Both the position numbers and the translations under genes were made by a program. From positions 1-10,631 of the forward strand of contig JBHGNT010001248.1 in NCBI GenBank assembly GCA_043228905.1: a DNA stretch of 10,631 nucleotides. Reading direction: 5' to 3'. The notes beneath the pieces are model-generated. The model was not told where the DNA came from, did not search any database, and saw nothing but the letters and a program-made list of their open reading frames with translations. Source of the DNA: Azolla caroliniana (taxonomy: Eukaryota > Plantae > Polypodiophyta). Below, one piece after another: positions 1 through 6,600 of this stretch. The number at the start of each line of letters is the position of its first letter. Positions within the stretch are counted from its first letter, which is position 1.

Positions 1-245
1 ATAATGGCAATAACACATTGACAAGCAATATCCCAAGTAGACATTGCATTGGTGAAGAAACAAATGTTACTCAATAGGGAACAACTCATTGGCTCAACAT
101 TTCCATCAAACCCGAGATTTTTTTCATAGCATGAGCAATTCATGAAAAATATATCCAACCATGGTCTGGGTAATACTTTATTGGTGAATCCAATTTGTAG
201 TGATTAATTATTAACCAGAATAATAAATAAATTGTCAAAATATGT

Positions 246-912
246 CTAATTTAGTGATTGAGGCATAGGGGTATGGTCCAAAATATATCGTAGAATCACA
301 TGCCAATAGGCATGATGGAATCCATACCTAGGCCATGTATTCAATTGTCATCTAGGAAAAGCAATAGGTTTGCATCATCGAAGACTATGTTCACTATGAT
401 GATTGATCTTTATTTTGTTGTGAATTAAAAAAGTAAGCATTTTGTTGCTCCACCTTTTGTGAAAATATTTGGAAAATTAAAACTTCAAAGTTTACATGCA
501 TTAACCTCTTTCCTTTGCACTCCAAATGTTTCAGAATCCATACCTAGGCCATGTATTCAATTGTCATCTAGGAAAAGCAATAGGTTTGCATCATCAAAGA
601 CTATGTTCACTGTGATCTTTATTTTTTTGTGAATTAAAAAAGTAAGCATTTTGTCGCTCCACCTTTTGCGAAATGTTTTGGAAAATTAAAACTTCAAAGT
701 TTACATGCATTAACCTCTTTCCTTTGCACTCCAAATGTTCCATTGCTTTTTCCGACAATCAATGAAGTTGGCATCTAATAAGTATTGTAAGAGTTTACCT
801 TCTTTCTAACCACAATATCCAATTCCTAGAGCATTCTCGGTGAAATCCATTGCAAACAACAAATATCAAATTTGGTCGTACTATTTCCACGTTGTAAAGT
901 TGCTTTTTGAGC
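246..912 (-). pseudogene. Possible decayed CACTA (En/Spm) TnpA/Ptta-like coding relic
   Basis: A - strand frame with many stops reads MDFTENALGIGYCG*KEGKLLQYLLDANFIDCRKKQWNIWSAKERG*CM*TLKF*F...WPRYGFHHAYWHVILRY. By eye the spacing resembles the TnpA-like pattern F.E.G.PIG...F..LG...PI..K.W...F...P....W..L..YW. It follows an acceptor-like TTCTCTAG ending at 913. No search was run. Confidence 0.33.
318..742. repeat. Head-to-tail tandem duplication, copies 318-533 and 534-742
   Basis: Both copies begin GAATCCATACCTAGGCCATG and end CACTCCAAATGTT(T/C)CA. They differ by a few substitutions and a net 7-nt indel. Confidence 0.95.
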
Positions 913-1106
913 CTAGAGAAGTATTGAACAACCGCATATTTATGTGCTCATGTCACACCCAAAAAACAAGAAGAAGACGTTTGATTATATATATAGCTTT
1001 GGTACAAGTAGTTGGTCACGAGTGAAACAATGTTATCACGTTGTATTCAAGATCATGAAGAGGAAGTCAACAACAACTAGGGGGCCACCATGTTCAATCA
1101 AGCCAA

Positions 1107-1450
1107 CATCCATCTATCCATCTATCCATCTATCGATCCATTGATCCCCATCCATTGATCCATCTATCCATCCATGCATCCATTCATTGATACATCCATC
1201 TATCAATCCATTCAACCCCATCCATTGATCCATTGATCCATTGATCCATCAATCCATCCATGCATCCATGCATTATACATCCTTCTATCGATCCATTGAC
1301 CCCCATCCATTGATCCACCAATCCATCCACGCATCCATGGATCCATTCATTGATACATCCATCTATCGATCCATTGATCCACCAATCCATCCACGCATCC
1401 ATTCATTGATATCTCTATCTATTGATCCATCGATCCATGCATGCATGCAT
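1107..1450. repeat. Degenerate (ATCC)n-derived low-complexity array with higher-order units (ATCCATTG, TATCGATCCATTGA, CATTCATTGATA)
   Basis: Directly visible; it generates the repetitive ORFs 1184..1402(-) and 1241..1471(+). Confidence 0.92.
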
Positions 1451-1691
1451 ACACAAATACATAGCCGATAGGAGTGTAAATAATTGACTTTTATTTATTT
1501 ATGTTAAAAGGGATATGTAGGTGCTGCCATAAATAATAATAATAACTAATGACTTTCGTCGTTGTTACCATTGAATTGGATATTGGAGACCGAATATGCA
1601 GAAGATGAATATAACGTTTCTACAATGAATAAAAATAGCGCGAACACACACAGAAGACAGACGAGAAGAAGAATTGAACCCATTCATTTTT

Positions 1692-1714
1692 CTAACCCTA
1701 ACCCTAACCCTAAC
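1692..1714. repeat. Telomere-like hexamer tract (CTAACC)3CTAAC, telo-box-like
   Basis: CTAACCCTAACCCTAACCCTAAC reads as TTAGGG repeats on the - strand; located in the presumed SFH promoter/leader. Confidence 0.8.
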
Positions 1715-1770
1715 ATTCGGAAACACAGCAGTAACACCTGTCAGGTTGAAACAAGAAACAAAATAAAAAA

Positions 1771-1827
1771 GAGGAGGAGGAAGAAGAAGAATAGATAAAG
1801 AAGAAGAAGAAGAAGAAGAATAGATAA
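1771..1827. repeat. (GAG)n/(GAA)n microsatellite with a duplicated AAGAAGAAGAATAGATAA unit
   Basis: Directly visible; such purine-rich SSRs are common in plant 5' leaders. Confidence 0.9.
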
Positions 1828-2077
1828 CGGTGGCCATTCTCTTGGCTTGATCCGCGCCGAAGCATCTGCTGGAAAAACTTGTTTAAAGCGCGTGAGTCTT
1901 CTTCTTCTCCATTCCATCTCTGTTTTGGCTATACTTAGGTCTTTTGCGCACAAATTAGACAAGAGAAGAAAGATCTAATCGAGTGATTGAAAGAAAAGAA
2001 TACATATATTGACATAGTATTCGCAGAGATAGAATATATATATTTCTTGCTTGCGAATCAAATCGTACAACCTTCAG

Positions 2078-3346
2078 GTGAGATAGAATTTAGGGTTCTG
2101 TTTTTCAGTTCGATGAGCCTCTATATCGATGTTCAATTTAAGGATGAGTGATTTCGATATGTTTGTTGAATCCCCGTTTAGGCTCATGAATGTATTTTAA
2201 ATCGTTTTTTTCTATTCGTGTATTCAGTATCAATGTATTCATATTGCCTAATCATGGTTAATAACACATATGAAAATCAATCTCATTGTGAATGATCAAT
2301 TTAAGGATGATTGATATCTATGGTTTTTGAATGTTTCATTTTAGGGACATGAATGTTTTTTCATTGTTTTTCTTTTGTTTATGTTAAAGTATTAATGTCT
2401 TGCTACTGCAAACTGTGGTGAGTAACATTTATGAAGATGATTTGCTTGCTGATTTTTGTCAATCTAAGTATCAGGAATTTCGGTATGACTTTTTTGGCAT
2501 TTAATTGTAGCCACATAAATGTGTTTTTGTTTTTTCTTTCTTCTGTATCTCTTGGGATTGTTGTTTTTTATTGCCTAATTATGATGTATAGCCATAGGCC
2601 TAAATGAAGGTGGCTTATCTCAATTGATGGATTGATAAAAGTTGTGCTTTGAACTTTTTATATAGTTATTTGGGCATTTATTTTCAGGCACCCAATGGTT
2701 TCTCATTCTTTCCTTTGCATTTCTCCAGTATCAATAGTATTATGTTGCCCTAATTGTGCACCAACTTTTCTGTCACCCTGAGGATAAGTGCTTTGTGTAT
2801 GGAATTTTATATCGGCACAGTGATCTTTCGTTTTCTCCTTCACGGTTATTCTTTGTATTTACCGAAAGTGCAATGCATTGTATTGTCTGATTGCTATAAG
2901 CAGCACATATAAAGGTGGATCTCTCTTTTGATGAATTGATCTTGTCATTTGGTCAATTGAAGGATGAGAGTTTTCACTAGGTCTTATCGTGCAACTGTCA
3001 CATGAATGTTTTTTGCTGTATAATCTTTGCAAATTAAGGAGCATTATATTTGCTTACTTGTGGTAAATAGATCTCTTTGTTAATGGATCGATTCAGCTTT
3101 TGTCAATCTAAAGGCAATTCTTTTACCTTTGCACATTAAGGAGCATTATATTTGCACAATGGGTGTAAATAGGTCTTTTTGTTGATGGATTGATTCGATT
3201 TTTTTCAATCTAAATATCAGTGCTTTGTAAGTCTGTCTGTTTTTAGGAGCATGAATAGTTTTTGTTCTGTTTTCACTTGTTTTTTGTTTGTATCTCTTAA
3301 GGAGTGTTATTGAGTATTTATGGTAAATAACCTATGCCATATGTAG
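2078..3346 (+). other. 5'-UTR (leader) intron of the SFH gene
   Basis: Strong donor CAG|GTGAGA at 2077/2078, T-rich body, acceptor TAG ending at 3346. The upstream exon has an in-frame TAG (2030-2032) and no in-frame ATG after it. Confidence 0.7.
2134..3340. repeat. Cryptic, diverged tandem array of a ~163-bp unit within the leader intron
   Basis: A CAATYTAAG-like anchor occurs at 2134, 2297 and 2460 (exact 163-nt spacing), with variants at 2774, 2954, 3104 and 3206. Co-recurring motifs are CATGAATG, AGTATCAAT and ATTGCCTAAT. A younger ~102-nt partial duplication lies at about 3026-3112 and 3128-3214. Confidence 0.75.
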
Positions 3347-3352
3347 GTGTCT

Positions 3353-3645
3353 ATGGCACATGATGACAAGGAAGAGAAAAGTGATGAGGAACAACACACC
3401 ACTGATGATGAAAGGAAAAGTAAGACCAAGATGGGAGCACTCAAAGCAATGGCGAGGATTAATTCACGGAGACTAAGGGATTCTTTGAAACGCCGTCGAA
3501 GAAAGCATCATGGCAGTGACTCATTGCTGCAAATCAAAGACATTAGAGATGCACAAGAACAAAAAGCTGTTGATGATTTTCGTCAGGTGCTCGCCGCAGA
3601 GGATATTCTTCCAGCAAAGCACGATGATTACCATGTTCTTCTGAG
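3353..3645 (+). CDS. SFH: SFH coding exon 1 ([13 protein letters not shown]...[10 protein letters not shown])
   Basis: Acceptor TAG ends at 3346, first ATG at 3353, donor AG|GTGACT at 3645/3646 (phase 2). Basic patch and [18 protein letters not shown] are typical of the SFH N-terminus. Confidence 0.9.
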
Positions 3646-6600
3646 GTGACTTGATCAGGAAAACTTATGAAGTTTCTTTGTATGGCCGATTTGTCAGGAC
3701 ATTGTTTGAAGCTCTCTTTGTAACATTGAGATAAGGTTATGGAAATAATCTGAAAGATTTTGAACTCTAGGAAGTGAATCCATTGAACATGTTTATAATA
3801 CATCACTTCACAGGTTCTTGAAGGCTCGTAAATTTGATACCGAAAAAAGTAAGGAGATGTGGGCTTCTATGTTGCAATGGAGGAAAGAGTTTGGTGTTGA
3901 CACAATTGAAAAGGTACAGTGCTTGTTTAGCCATCAAATGGGACATTCATGTTGCATTAGCATGTGATTTTGAATATTCATCTTGTATTGCCCTTTGTAT
4001 CCTTTGTTCTTGTGCCATGAGAAATTGCATGCAACTACTAACTGCCCAAAACAGGATTTTATATATTCGGAGCTCGATGAAGTGAAGAAGTATTACCCCC
4101 ATGGTTCTCATGGAGTGGACAAGGAAGGGAGACCAGTTTATATAGAGAGACTGGGAAAGGTGGACGCTAACAAATTGATGAATGTAACGACATTAGAGAG
4201 ATACTTAAAGTATCATATCCAAGAATTTGAGAGGTCTGTGAACAAGAAATTTCCAGCTTGCTCGGTTGCAGCCAAAAAGCACATTGGTTCTACTACAACA
4301 ATTCTTGACGTTTCTGGTTTGGTAAGTTCCATTGTGCTCCTTTTCATTTCTTGACATAAAGAGATAATATTAGTTCATCGCTTTAGTAGAATAGGAATAG
4401 TTCTCTGCTTTTTTATGATATGATTGTTTAATATTTGATTTTCTTCACAGGGAATTAAAAATTTCAGCAAAACTGCAAGAGAACTCCTCCATGAGATCCA
4501 CAAAATTGATAATGAAAATTATCCAGAGGCATGTAGCTGTATTTTGAATCAAGGGGGCAGGTTAATTTCATCACTAAGCTCATAATGTGGAATCTGATGT
4601 TCCTATTTTGCACAGACTCTGCATAGGATGTTCATAATCAATGCTGGACCTGGATTTAGGCTTCTTTGGAATTCAATCAGAGGGTTTCTTGATGCAAAAA
4701 CAACAGCAAAAATAAGCGTAATATCTATTTTTTTCGTTTAATTGTTTTTTTTTATTACTTTTTTTTGTGTGTAATTGTAATGCTTTTTTATATCTAGTTG
4801 ATTTACCTTATCTTCAACGGAGTTGGAATTATGGTTTTCCTTACATATAGGTTCTGGGAAATAAGTTCCAAAGCAAGCTTCTAGAAGTAATTGATGCAAG
4901 GTAAACTAGTATAGTTAAATGTGTGAGTCACAAAGTCTCCATAACCAAGTTTTTAACAGAAATCAGTATGGTTACAGTCAGTTGCCAGAATTCCTTGGAG
5001 GCAAATGTACATGTGCCCATGAGGGTGGATGTTTGCATTCTGATAAAGGACCTTGGCAAGATCCTGCTATTATGCAGGTAAGATAAGTCATTTTATTTAT
5101 TTATTGAAAGAAGTAAGGTGAATGATTGTATTTCCTGTGACAATTGTGTACGCCAATTATCGAAAATCTTTAGAAATTATTGGTCTCATACATGGCTGAA
5201 TATTATTCATGCGTAAACACACTTTAGTTGTCTGGAGATGGCCTTTTGAAATGTGGATGATCCAATCCTGAATGAATATGGTATAAAGGGTTTTGGCTAC
5301 TGCTGTTTCAATCCATTATTTTTATTTTTATCATCACGTGATTATTAATATTGATATCACCTCCATATGAATGGTTTGAGCTAGATGACATACCTGGGAG
5401 TGGTATGTTGCGCGTCAACACCTCTCCCATGGGCCACAGTTCATGGGATATATCTATATATATGGTTGGGTGGATAGTAATCCCAATAGTGTAGTTATGG
5501 GAATGGCCATATGCATAAACTGACTTTGGTTGTTTGGAAATTGGAACACATCTTATGTTTCCAAACTAAAATACTCGAAAGGCATTTTCAAGTTCTATTT
5601 CAAGATATGTATCTATTTTTATTAGCCATATAGATCTACACTGTCATGTGTTGACTGCAGGTGGTATTAGATGGTGAAGTAAAGAATGCTAGGCAGATTG
5701 TAACAGTCTCGGCTACCAATGCTCACCATGCTTGTGAAAAACAATGTTCTAAGGTCCATTGTTACTGAATAATTTTTTACCATTTTTTCCTTCTTTCGCG
5801 TCGATGCATTCTTTTGCAGCTGTATAAGGCTATTTGAATTGCAAAACCTCTATTTACTTCAGTCTAAAGAGTATAGCTTATCTACAACCGAGTCTGAATC
5901 AGAGTTGGATGATGGTATATTACGACCTGAGGGAAGTACCAGCGAAAATAATGCAAATTTATCACCTGTTCGTGAAGAGGTATTTAGGCCATTTTGCTGA
6001 AAAACTAGTTTCTTGTTTTGAGGTTTTTTGAGCTCGAATATGTTGGAGAAGCTTTATAAATGAAGTTTGCAAAAAGTTCAGCTTCAATATTGTATTCTTT
6101 GAATGTCTCAGTCTCAGGGGAGAGAGAGTGTCAACAGGATGATGCTGGATAATTTATCAGGGATGGAATCTGTTCCTTTGGTTGATAAACCAGTAGATAT
6201 GGAATGGGGAAGGAAAGAAGTCATCAGGGAATCTAACTCCATACAAGGTCTCCTCCCTCCCTCCCTCCCTCTACATATATCTCCTTGTATTAGGGCTATA
6301 TTCTAGTAGTAAGCTAAGTTTTTATTAACCCTTTCACTACTTTACTAGATATGCCATTTACAACATATAGGGGTTGAACATATGACCTCGGTGTCCACCG
6401 AACAACCTTACCATCTGAGATATAACTATCTCACAGACTTGATTGCTAGTTTATTTGATCTTCCTGGACCCTAGAGATAGTTGATGCATGAGAGTATACA
6501 GATAAACTTTTAAAACCCAAGATGTCGAATAAACAATTAATGCATTCTAATCTGAAGATATGCATACTTGATCTAAGTTCAGGGATATACTGCAATAAAA

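Noticed and set aside
195-202. TTGTAGTG (reverse CACTACAA) here and CACTACAA at 9562-9569 as CACTA termini
   Set aside because: They face away from each other, lack subterminal repeats and match only 8 nt.
1107-1450. CRISPR-like array (also considered for the 163-bp array)
   Set aside because: No constant repeat with unique spacers, no cas genes, and a spliceosomal eukaryotic context.
1184-1471. ORFs 1184..1402(-) and 1241..1471(+) with WMDG/SIHP repeats
   Set aside because: Translations of the ATCC-derived array, which is stop-poor by composition.
1562-1962. ORFs 1562..1798(+), 1565..1837(-) and 1741..1962(-) as genes or uORFs
   Set aside because: Their NPNPNP, poly-K/R, poly-S and poly-L runs come from the telomere-like and GAA repeats; no recognisable domain and the TSS is unknown.
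3543-4085. ORFs 3543..3806(-) and 3834..4085(+), and likewise 5834..6031, 7160..7384, 7228..7419 and 7341..7559
   Set aside because: Shadow or off-frame ORFs overlapping SFH exons and introns, with no independent coding signal.
6367-6425. Functional tRNA gene
   Set aside because: Only D-loop and T-arm motifs are recognisable; no coherent acceptor or anticodon stems.
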